A stretch of DNA of 56,433 nucleotides, filler included, from Sphacelaria rigidula (lineage: Eukaryota), in NCBI GenBank assembly GCA_964200075.2. It is 3 parts of 3 records of this genome, joined end to end, with 100 filler letters (N's around TTAATTAATTAA, not from the genome) between each part and the next. Parts side by side here need not be neighbours in the genome. Positions count along the whole stretch, not along the records: positions 1 to 18,747 come from CAXNAA020000799.1; positions 18,848 to 37,592 come from CAXNAA020000800.1; 1 more part is not named here. The stretch is one strand, 5' to 3'. The notes beneath the pieces are model-generated. The model did not search any database. It saw nothing but the letters and a program-made list of their open reading frames with translations, and was not told the origin of the DNA. Positions 12,431 through 23,410 of the stretch are shown here, piece after piece. The translations under genes and the position numbers were made by a program. Every line of letters starts with the position of its first letter. Position 1 is the stretch's first letter.

Positions 12431-15400
12431 TGCTGATTTGAAACCACCCTTCCCGCCCTCCCCGACAATGGTGAGACACCGATGAGGCAGTGTGGAATTT
12501 GATCTCTGGACGTGCCGATACCAGAAAATGAAGCAACTCGTTGGAGGCTGTCATCCTCATGCATGATGCTTAGTACGCTTCGGACCGAAGAACCTCGGCG
12601 AGATGCAGCCCACCCTTCATGCGATTGGCCGAACACATCACGGCGCTTCGCGCTTGGTGATTGATTGCGAGCCTGGTCCGGCGAAAACCCGGCGTGCTCC
12701 GCCCCGGCTTTGTAGGGATGCGAGGTCGAAGACCTCACGACTACGGCATGCAAGATCATGAGTACACCCCCCTCCTCGACAATGAGATAGGCATACCTCC
12801 TACTACACACTCTCACTCGGTGGTATCTGACGCATTAGCCAGTTGCGGGCGGCTTGCACGATGCTTATGAACACATGAGGGCTGTTATATATCTTGAAGA
12901 GATTCACACCCCTACTAAGTACCCCTACGATAGTAAGAGACACGACCGTTCGTTTGCGACAGGCCAAAACGGTAGGTATACCCCCTCAAGGTCAGCTATA
13001 TTCTTATCCCTGAAAAAGTCATGGGGTTAACCTCCACATATGACTTCACCGATGCTTCGAAGATGCTTCCTCTATGGTCATTCCAGCCATGCACTAAGTT
13101 TTCGACCCTTGATGAGGTTTTGATTACACCGACACAGCCGAACAAAAGCGGGGCAACACTATCCCGCATCTTGGTCTTCATTCAAATCAAACGGTCAGGA
13201 CCCGTCGGTCCAAGTGCGGGAACTTAATTTGGCGCATTGTCTTTTTCGATAACCTGTCGTGAATACGAGTAACTCGAATTGGTAATATCAAATGTGGAAT
13301 TGCCATCTTCTAGGGAAATGAAGGTCAACATCGCAGAAGGCACCTCGGATTCAGCATCTCCGCCAAACTTCCAGTTGGTGTGTCCATGTATTTTCGGTGT
13401 TTAGACACAATTGTGCCCGCGGGACTTTGGCCTCGATGCCCACGGGAGTGCCTCGCGACCCATCGCTGCATATGAGAAACCGAGGTCGCGGTATTCAAGG
13501 TGGAGGCGAAAGGTCTGCGGGGAGGCGTCACCGCAGATCCTCATGTTGCATACCTCTCGTGTCTAGTTAGTGAGTGGCGGGTACCTTCACCGATTTCGCT
13601 CGCACCGTCTCGCGGTGTGGTATTCTTTTGTTGTACGGTAGATGGTGCGGTGTTGTATGAATGTACCCTGTGCTGCAGACCTCGACAAACGTGCCGGAAG
13701 GGATGCAAAGGACCGCTTCGCTGTGGTCTACACGCGCTGCATACAGTGGCCGTCCGTCTGCAATATGCGCCCTGTGATGATCCACACGAGGACGTTTCAT
13801 TTTACCGCTATCTACATGCGAAACTGTACTCATTGTAGCTGTTTTCTGCACACCGGCACCCCCGTTCCCATAGTGTAACTAACCCGTGTTCCTCGCGGAC
13901 CTGTGCGCATCAAAGGTATGGCACAAGTACTGTAAATTGGCGGCTCACGGAGGCGGCGTCGGTGTGCACGCACCATTTTGTTTGTTTTCCCGATGCGGAC
14001 TACTCTACTGTACCTTATGCATGTTTTTTCGAGGGTTTGCACGGCACATGCTAAGCCTAGGTACGATTGAAGCTCGGCTGAATATTCCAGGGATTGGGCC
14101 AGCTGCTGTAGTACGCACCATATAGTGCTATGGGCCAGTTGACTGAATTGCACTACGTCGAAGTAGGACGGTAAGGACAAGGAATTCGTAGACAAAGCAT
14201 CTGTTCTCGGATTCCCCGCGGGCGAACTTTTTTTTTTTTCTGAGGTATATCATGTATAAATACTGCTTGAACATACTGCTCTTCAAGCGTAAAGTAGGAG
14301 AGGCATTTGTATCGTTTTTACCTAGCGAAAGCTTCATGGACCTCTTGAGAGATGAAGAGCAATGACGTGTGGCAGAGGCTATGTGCTGGGATAATCGTGT
14401 ATCACAGCACCGAGCCACTCTATCTTTCGCCCGAGACGATCCGGATGGACTTTCGAAGAGCTGTCGGAGAATGACATTTTTTCTGGACGGTTTGCGTACA
14501 AGTACGTTGTTGCCGGGTGATGTTTAATTGTCGCAAAATTCTATATCGTGTAGTTTTCCAGGCCGTGCGCTTCTTGAGGCTGAACCTGCTCTTGTCTTCT
14601 GTTGTTGACGCACTACGCAGTATAGAAGTATGCCATGACATTCACCAGCCGAAGGCGACCAGAGAGACAGCTGACCGCTGCGGCTTTCGACACTCCGTGT
14701 CCATGCGTTTAGCCACAGTTGCGCCTATGCAGTCGTTCGTGGCATAGCTGCTCGTTGAGGATCCACTCGTCATGAGTTCGATTCAATTTTTCAACCCTTT
14801 GACCGGCAGGGCGGTTCGTCTGTTGAACCGATATCATTTTCACTTGAATAGTGAGCGGGAGACCCAGATCGCTCACCCTCGTGGTCAAAGGGCCAACGAG
14901 CGCACCCCAAAACGACCAATACTTGTAATCCAAACGATTCCGCGGAGATTCACCTGCTTTTTACTTTTATTTTTTCTTCCTACGCCTAATAACACCCCTC
15001 CCCCCTCCTCGAGACGAGCCCGTAGTCTCAAGGGCAAAACCCATTTCTCCCCTGGTAAGTGCCTGGTATTTGGGTACTGCGTATGGGATGAGCGCTCCCG
15101 CGCCGCGTCAACCCCCGTCAAGCTTTCTTTGCGACTCAAGGCCTCACGTTTCAGCAACGGAGATGAGCTCCTTCCCAGAGAAAAAGCCTATCCGGTGGGA
15201 TTCGCGGCCTCAACTCCGCCCGAGCCGGCTGTACGATGTACAGCACCAGTTGGCCAACTGGTGCGCGGCGAGAATCATGTTTCATAGCTGAGGTGTTCCC
15301 GAAACGACAACAAGCACTTGATCGCCTCCATTGTCGGTGTGCTTACGTCTCACGACTGTAGTTCATTTACGACGTCAAGCGGAAACCGGCAGTACAGATT

Positions 15401-15625
15401 CCCACCTTTCACTTCCTATGCGCCCTTCACGTGCGCTGGAAACTGCTCCCCATGATGGAGTGAGTGGTAGGTGCAAAAGGGGTGATCCAATTCTACCACG
15501 TAGGTTGACATTGATTTCCCCAAACATGTCAAAAAGCCCTCCTTTTCACATTTTCACCCGCTTTATTCCCTTCCATTTGTTTACTACACGCACGTTCAAA
15601 AACCACACCATCATCACGCACACAG

Positions 15626-18561
15626 GGGAAGACTTCGGACAAAAGATCGACCTAACGGTACGCATCCGAGAAATTCTCCGCAACTACCCAGAAGGCACGT
15701 CGATTTTGAAGGAGCTCGTGCAGAACGCTGACGATGCCGGTGCAAGAGAGGTTCGTCTATGTCTCGATTTACGGCAACATCCGAGCCAGGGACTCCCCAG
15801 CCCTGCGCTGGAGCAGTTTCAAGGGGCGTCTCTGCTGGTGTACAACAATGCCGTCTTTACGGATACCGACTTCAGGTACGACTAGCAATATGCAGTTGGC
15901 GGCGTCTGTATGCCTCGTTTTTGGCTGAATTCTGGAATTGAGTACGAACGTTGTTACCGTATTGCAAAGTCGCAAATAATTATCAGCATTTTTTGCATCC
16001 TTTTTTTGTATGCCCCGTCAGTGTGAGCGTTCACCACCTCCGGTTTTCGGGAGTTGGTTTCGAGTTAACTTCAAAAGTCGAAGTATTCGAGCTTGAATTA
16101 ATGGGACAGAGTGGATGCTTGCGACATGCCAACAGGCGGGGTACGGTGTGTACCAACGAGAAGCTGGCCAGCCTACTTCAACGCTCGTGATCTTTCCTAA
16201 TGTCTGCTGTGTACCAACCCATGTTGAATATTTTTGAACCGCTGTACAACAACACCCGCGATCTTTTGTACTTCCTCGGTGGTCTTATTTTTGTTGGTGC
16301 TGTCGATGCCGCCGGTCGCTGTGCACATGCTGGTGTTCGGCAGATCCATCCAGAGAATAGGAGATTCCCTGAAGAAGGACACATCCAAGGGCGGAAAGAC
16401 AGGTAATTCGGCGTACTTACGGCGTATTTCAGTGAAAGAGTCAGTTTATTCGGGTAAACTACACGAGTTCTTCGCGGCATCGAATCCGCACAAGCCGCAC
16501 GCGTGTTCTACAGGGCGTAGATGTAACCCATCCTTTGCGTTTTCAACTTACGTTCTGAACAACACGACCTATAGACAGAACGGGTGCGTGTTTATGCTTT
16601 GGTGGATGACACTGACAATTGACTAGGTTCGTTTTACTTTATGAGACAATCAACCACCATGCTCCCCCCCTCCTCCCCTGCTTGTCGATTGCTTTGTATC
16701 AAAAGGTCGCTTCGGCATCGGCTTCAACTCGGTGTATCATCTCACGGAGCTACCCGCGTTCGTGTCCGCTGGAAAGTGGTGCAGTTTTGACCCCCAGGCG
16801 AAGTTCTTGCCCAACGTTAACCCGTCGAACCCGGGGAAAATGGTGGACTTTTTGAAGCACCGCGAGACGGTCGGACGCTACCCAGATCAGGTAAAGATGG
16901 CTGAACGTTTCGAGTTAGACTAATCGGGTGGATCGTCCGTAGTCTGAGCTATTCTTCGTGTGGGGGTAGCCTTTCAGGAGTCACCGCGGGTCCTAAAACG
17001 ATCTTGTGGGACGCGCATGTTTATTTTTCCTTGAAACACTCGGCCGTTTGTCTGTACACCACGCATACGTGGACCCCGCAAACGTGATGAAAAAGGCTAT
17101 CTCACCTGTTCCAAAAATATTTCCGTACCTGTATCCAGATATGACAAATTCCATGTTTGATGCACGACATGTATTGCCCTTCACGTAATTTTTGCCAGTC
17201 AGCTGTGCTGTGCTCGTGGCTGTGCCTGTGTTGTACCACATGTAGCACGGTGCGTGTGTTCTTTTGCTTCTTTCGTTTTCTGTAGGTTGCGTTCAGTGCC
17301 AGGAGGTATAATTACGCTGCAACCCGATCCAGCTTTTCTCACACATTACTTCACCCCCCCTCTTTCTCCCCTCCATTTTAATTTCTCTCCGTCTCCACGC
17401 GGTATGGCTAACTGCATCTGCGGCAGTTCTCGCCTCTGAGGGCGTTCGGGTTCGACTTCTCGTCCCACTTTCCGGGGACGCTGTTTCGGTTTCCGCTCAG
17501 GACGCCGCAGCAAGCGGCCGTATCTCGGCTCTCCAGGCAGTCGCACGGTGTGGAGTCAGTGCGCACGCTGCTGCAGGCGTTTGCCAAGGAGTCGTCGGGA
17601 ATGTTGCTCTTCTTGAAAAACGTGGAACGCATGACGGTGTTCGAGTGGCAGGCGGGACAGAGCGAACCGGTCCAGGTGTCAAGACGTGTAGTCCGCTGTG
17701 TTTATGCGGGGAAGGGGTTAGAGAGAGGATGAAGGGAGTTGTCCTTCTCTGAGTGTACTTTATGCTTAAAAAATGTTGGATGGATCAAACTGTTCGTACT
17801 GTTTTCAAATTCCAACACGTCGGAACCGTACGAGAACATCTAAATCCTGGGCTTCACTGCCCAAGTCAAAATGTGACTTGATCGACGCTTTCCCCCATGA
17901 TACGGTGATTTTTCACCCTGCGTGATTTTTTCTCGCTACTGTCGTACCCAACTCTTCCTGATCCTGCACCGGAGGGGAGCGGAGAGGTGGTGAGGGGAGC
18001 AGAGCAAGCTTTAATGAGTAGGACGGCTTGCAAACCATCGGTTAACGGTTTGGAAGTACAGCCGTTGCCGTGTGACGTGCATACCGAATTCATACATGGA
18101 TCGGTTGAAACCGCTGTGAGCTATGTTCGACACAAAGACTTACTGCATGAAGCGATGTCAAACCCTTTAGGGAACGGTCAACTTTTTGTGCGTGATCGCA
18201 ACGTCACGAGGCCACGAAGTGATGGAAGCCCACTCTTGGCACACGAGGTTACACGGGGATTGCGTAGGGGGCAAGGGAACGGAGCAAAAGACGATGCATC
18301 CGTGACAAGGATACCATTGTCACAAGTGCGTGATTTGGTGTACTGACCTGGGCCGGTACTCTGGTGATGACTGGTAGCGATCCGTGTTTACCCTCATTCG
18401 TCTCCAACAGATACACGACACGTTCGTACCGAGTCCGACGGCAGCGCTACGCCGATCGCGGGCGTTCGCTCTGTCCGCCACGCCGGAAAAACTCGCTGAC
18501 GGCGGAGCGATCAAGGCTGATTATATTATGGAAATCGTCTCCCAACCGAGCAAAGGAAACG
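15626..18561 (+). CDS. Sacsin-like protein, N-terminal GHKL/HSP90-like repeat. Exons 15626-15875, 16344-16402, 16706-16890, 17427-17675, 18411-18561; possible first exon 15418-15466. Cut by the spacer at 18748.
   Basis: Spliced translation EDFGQKIDLTVRIREILRNYPEGTSILKELVQNADDAGA...YNNAVFTDTDFRSIQRIGDSLK...[23 protein letters not shown]...FDPQ...GTLFRFPLRT...LLFLKNV is the characteristic sacsin repeat. All junctions are GT-AG with matching phases. Confidence 0.92.
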
Positions 18562-18747
18562 GTGAGCTTTTGTCTGTTGAGAGGCCCCGTCGTGAATGTC
18601 GTGGCACGCACTGTAGAATAATCTCCGAATACCTCGAAATGTGTTCGACCGTAACGTTTGGAGGGAAATCCCCCCCGCCCCAATGGTGAGATTCCCAGGA
18701 GGCAGTGTATAAGCCATGGCTGTCTCCGGAAGTGGCGATACCAGAAA

Positions 18748-18847
18748 NNNNNNNNNNNNNNNNNNNNNNNNNNNNNNNNNNNNNNNNNNNNTTAATTAAT
18801 TAANNNNNNNNNNNNNNNNNNNNNNNNNNNNNNNNNNNNNNNNNNNN
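18748..18847. other. Artificial assembly spacer N44-TTAATTAATTAA-N44
   Basis: Exactly 100 bp, symmetric, with a linker giving stop codons in all six frames. Identical to the spacer at 37593-37692. Confidence 0.97.
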
Positions 18848-21049
18848 TGCAAGACAGATATGCCACTTCAGCCCCATATTTTGTATGAACCCCAAAATAT
18901 AAAATCGGCTGTTCAATGCTGTGTGTATGGATAGGTCTGGCGTATTTGGTGGCGTTGATTGCGGTGTCTCTGCCGTTGTATGGTCAGGTGCTGGAGGAGG
19001 ATAGCGTGATTGCACCGGGAGGTGTTGCTGTATGTATGTTCCCGTTTTGCCGTATGTTCCCTCTGAAAAAGCGACTGAAGAACGAGCGTTCGTGAATGCG
19101 CAAGCATCTGTGGGGGCGGAGGATCTGTCGCGATGGTCTAGCGGGGGGGATATACCGTTTAGTGGCGAGCTGAGCGGCTCCAGGAGGGTGCGAGCTGTAG
19201 CTGGACTCATGGCGCGAGGAGCGAGTGCTCGAGTTGGAAAGCTGCTGTACGCTGTGGACGGGTTTGTGGTTCGAGTGCTGTTGTTTGTCGGGAGCTGGCT
19301 GGACGACTATAAAGAAGGCATTACCTGAGGTTCTTGCTGTTGTGGTGAGCGCCGCGTTGGGTGCTGTTGTTGAGGAGCGAGTGCTGTAGTGATTGAGTGC
19401 TTGTTGAGAAGGAGGAAACACATTATGACTGGTATTCGCGAATCGTTTTGAATATGGTTGCAGCTTGTTATTATGTGGTTTGTGGCCATGCTTGCGCATG
19501 AAACATTGTTGTTAAGCGAATATGATCGTATCGCGTGTGCAGGGTAAAACTCTGGCTTTCACGTGGATATTTGGCATCAGTGTGTTGTGCTGATGTGGTT
19601 GGCACGGACGATGCATAGTGGTTGCTGCGAGGAAGGTGACATTGCATGTGCTGAGTGAAATATCGGCATGCATGTGCGGATTTTCATATGCTAAGTGGAA
19701 TTTTGGCAGGTATTTGCGAATGTTTGCTCGAAAGGTACTGATATATATGGTATCTGGTGGTGACGACCCAGGGTGGGGCAGTTTCCAATATACTGCTGTG
19801 TTAGCGTGAAAATGAGCTGAAACATACGAAATGCGTAGGCTCGTCGTATGTGAGCAGGTATGATGCGAGTGCTTCCGGTGGTTGAAGATAAAGATATCAT
19901 GCGCGCATACATGGATGATTTTTGACCGTGGCACGTTTTCGTATGGATTGTCACTTGTTTGAACGAGCACGTGATTGGTTCTTCGTTCATGTCAGAAGGA
20001 GCATGTGGATGTGGGATCCATTTGTTCAAAGAACTGGTGCAGGGGGACTGCAAGAGTGTCGAGGGATTCAATATTTTTACATTTTGGCTGATGCACGTAT
20101 GGGATATGGCGGTCCAAGATCCAAACGAGATATAGAAATGTCTGGGATTTGCTCGACAACAAGAGTTCGAGAACGAGATCACGAGGGGTGATCAATGATG
20201 GCGGAGGTCGAGNNNNNNNNNNTTGGATTAGTATGCATGACTTGAATAGCAGTTTGAGTCATGGCTTTCCTTTGATTTTCTTAATGAAATGATGGCACGT
20301 TGAAACATTGAAGCTTTGACGGCGGGGAGGCATGCGATGCATACGTTTCTCACGGTGTTGCAGAAGCAAGAGGCCAGGTGCGTTTGAGACGTGTTGGGTG
20401 CTCATTTCCTTTTAGCGTGAGGATGATGTATCAGTTGGCTTTTGCACTCCGTTGCGCAGGTGTTGAACTACAAAGAGTGCATTTTGTATTGTGGAAAGAA
20501 CCACCTCTCAGATAAGAGGGACGACGAGTCACGAATGCTCTGGAAATTGACGTTCGCTGACATTTCCGGTTCTGTGCTGTCAAGTCAAGACACTTGTTTT
20601 GGGCGAAAATTTGAGAATTTGGCGCTAGCTATCGCTTTGTAACTCGAAGCGGTGCAAGTAGTGTGATTGCATGTTCATGATGGACGATATTTTCTTGGGA
20701 TCTCTTACTTCGGAAGTGGGGCAAGCTTGTATGGAGCTGTTGTCGAAAGCAGCGGAAGAGATTGCCATTCTTTGCGGAAAACGACGGTACTATCAGGCAC
20801 CAATGATGTCTGAGTTTGTCAAGCTCTGATGTATCTACTTGTTGGTAGTAGAGAGCCTTGGGGGTGCTGTAGACTCTAGCCACTATTGTCCTGTCCTCCT
20901 GTACTATGCTGAGGGTGAATATATGAATAACTAAAGCTGCTGAAGTTCATGTGCCCGTGATGGGAGTAGTCCACATGGCGATCTGATCTTGAGTGACAGA
21001 AGTTTATAAGTCCACATGGCGATCTGATCTCGAGTGACAGAAGTCTATA
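18848..21049 (+). mobile_element. 3' part of LTR element D (internal region, PPT and LTR 20868-21049), 5' end lost at the spacer
   Basis: 18910-20867 is colinear and homologous with ~28390-29909. It ends in PPT GGGGGTGC followed by a TGTAGA...TCTATA LTR. There is a 10-N gap at 20213-20222. Confidence 0.75.
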
Positions 21050-21497
21050 ACAAACGTTCATTAAGTCCGCTGGAAGGCGGTAGGTCCGCTAATAAGCAGC
21101 TGACACATCAGGATGAGGAAGTCTGCAAGCCTGATCAGCTTGCAGCAAAAAAGACCAGCTCTAGGCGTTTTAACGCCACGAGGAGTTTGAGAAGTAGAGC
21201 CGAGGAGATTCTGAGGCAGTGCTAGGGCGGTCTGTGATATCGTCCGTGCGTGAGGTGCGGAAAGCTTCATCGACAGCTGGCGAGCCCGAGAGCGTTCCAG
21301 TAAAAGCGGCGCAATTACTGCCTGGTGGAGCCGGCGAGAGTTGCTCCTTCCACGCTTGGCCAGGTACGGTCAAGAAGAGGAGTCTGAGGACTACAAACAC
21401 GTGGTGAGAACCACGTGAGGAAGAGGTGCTGTGGCCATTGTCGTTGTAAGGTGGTACAGCGCGTCTCGGTGTAAGGAGAGAGTTGTTGTTCCTGTGA

Positions 21498-21968
21498 GTG
21501 GGAGATGACTTCGTTTTTCAAAAAAGGCGGTGTGGAGTGCTGCACTGCTTGCTGACCGAAATGTACGAGGTGCAGGAGTATGTCGGGGTGGACGGCCATG
21601 TTGTTCGTGCACCGCAACAATATGTTGTCATCGATGGTCGCGCTGTCCGTGTACGACTTCTGGATATACCCTTCTACGGTCGCAAGTTCTCAAGTGATAA
21701 ATCTGCTCAGTTTCTGCGGAAGTATGAGAAATACCTTCGTGAGGTGCATGCAACGAACGAGCGTCAAACACGCTGGCCCGTTGTTGAGGGGTCAGCGATC
21801 TCTGACCTCATGCCCGCACATATCGAGGACTGTCTATGTAACACATTTTTGGATGGTACGAATGATGTTGGGCAAGAGAAATTGCTCATTGCGCTGCGCA
21901 AGCATGCATCTTATGCATCGCCGAGTGCGGTGCAAGATAGTCTGAAAGGTAGGCGGCGGTGGAGATAG
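21498..21968 (+). pseudogene. Truncated Gag-like ORF of element C
   Basis: IPFYGRKFSSDKSAQFLRKYEKY...DLMPAHIEDCLCNTFLDG...LLIALRKHA aligns by eye with element A Gag LPEYGRVFSEQASRRFYQRYRDY...ALVPKHIQNCVSDTIFNG...LLQGIARHA. Confidence 0.75.
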
Positions 21969-21989
21969 GCCCGAGATTTTGACGGGTAA

Positions 21990-22239
21990 CGTAGAGTAGT
22001 CTCCACCTACAGTATCCATCATGTAGATATGGGGCGGATCCTGCAGTGATTGTTCGGAGGATGACTATTTGATGCGTAACATATCGTGTTCGTGAGGAAA
22101 GCCCATGAAGCCTCCTACCGGTTCACGAAGACTGCCGTTTGTATAACGGCTTGAAGTCTTGAAGTCTTTGGAGCCCGTGGCTGGGAGGAAGCCTCTGGAG
22201 CAGCACTGTAACCTTGTCCCGATTGCAGGCAGGTTCACA
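21990..22239 (+). repeat. 5' LTR of element A
   Basis: (C)GTAGAG...GGTTCACA, a direct repeat of 27543-27790. Confidence 0.93.
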
Positions 22240-22417
22240 ATAAACGTTTATGCAGGAAACTTGTCGTTTCTGGATTAGGTTTTGGACGTCGCACCCGACT
22301 GTTGGTAAAAAGTGAAGACGCTCACGTTGAATAGCAGGGGGGTGGGGGGAGCGGCGTAGGGGAGGCGCAGGCCTCACGAATCCAAGGCGACTGCGGTGAC
22401 AGGAGGCTGTTGGAAGG

Positions 22418-23410
22418 ATGGCAGCGCGAAGGAAAGGGGGCACCAGCGAGACGGTTGATGAGGTGAAGTTTGCCGTAACCGAATTGACCTTTGGTGGATC
22501 CTTGAAATTGCCCGAATATGGGCGAGTATTCAGTGAGCAAGCTTCCAGACGCTTTTACCAAAGGTATCGCGACTATGAGGAGGCAGTGGGGAAAAGTACC
22601 CAAGGCCGGTCGGTAAAGTGCGCACTCTTGACCATGCAAGCGTTGGTGCCAAAGCACATCCAGAACTGCGTGTCTGACACCATCTTTAACGGGTTGCCAC
22701 TCGACGAAGACGAATTGCTGCAAGGGATTGCACGCCATGCCAAATGCTGGATCGATATGGAACTTGATCTTTCCGAAGCTGCAGCAGGCGTTGAAAAGGC
22801 CCTTGCCGCACGGTCTGAACCAACTGCAATGGGTCGAGTAGAAGGGCAATGGAGTTCATTACAGGAGCACTTTGCGGAAAACGCAGGTGCTGAGTCCGTT
22901 TTCCTCGAATCTGACCGTACGTTCAAGCCTGGTCCAGGACGACTTATTACCAGAGCTATGGTCGCCGGCCTGACCCCACCTGAGTTCAAGAATAAAGTTC
23001 AAAATATAGTTCATATGAAAAGATACTGGAAAGAGAGCCCGAAAGTGGTTTATGAGGTAGCTCGTGACTTGGCGGGAAAATGGAAAACTGTTGAGGAGGT
23101 CGACAAACACCGCCGACAGCAACCGCAACCTAGGCGAAAAAGCGGTTCACAAGGCTCCAAAAAACTGACATCGCACGCCGGCGCCGCCGCTGCGGCCGCA
23201 GCAGCAGGTAGTGGCGGCGCAGGTAGTGGCGGTAAGAGCTCGAAAAAGCCCCACAAACCTGGTCCGAGCTATGTTGGTTGTTTCGAGTGTGGCGATGAGG
23301 GCCACTACAAGAAGGACTGTCCCAAAGAGAGCACACCTGCGGCCGCGGTGAGTGCGTCCGGTGGGCGAGCAAAGTCGTCGCCGCCGCCGCCGCAGCAGCA
23401 GCAGCAGTAG
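22418..23410 (+). CDS. gag: Gag of element A with CCHC zinc knuckle
   Basis: 330-aa ORF with CFECGDEGHYKKDC (CX2CX4HX4C). The TAG stop lies inside a CAG run and the frame continues into the protease, so gag-pol was probably one ORF originally. Confidence 0.9.
   Translation: MAARRKGGTSETVDEVKFAVTELTFGGSLKLPEYGRVFSEQASRRFYQRYRDYEEAVGKSTQGRSVKCALLTMQALVPKHIQNCVSDTIFNGLPLDEDELLQGIARHAKCWIDMELDLSEAAAGVEKALAARSEPTAMGRVEGQWSSLQEHFAENAGAESVFLESDRTFKPGPGRLITRAMVAGLTPPEFKNKVQNIVHMKRYWKESPKVVYEVARDLAGKWKTVEEVDKHRRQQPQPRRKSGSQGSKKLTSHAGAAAAAAAAGSGGAGSGGKSSKKPHKPGPSYVGCFECGDEGHYKKDCPKESTPAAAVSASGGRAKSSPPPPQQQQQ

Noticed and set aside
18792-18803. TTAATTAATTAA palindrome (also at 37637-37648)
   Set aside because: It is centred in N runs of fixed length, so it is an artificial contig linker and not biology.
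23408-23410. Possible programmed gag-pol stop-codon readthrough
   Set aside because: The TAG lies within a CAG run, and element B reads QQQQQQ at the same place. A C-to-T decay mutation is simpler, and the element has many other lesions.
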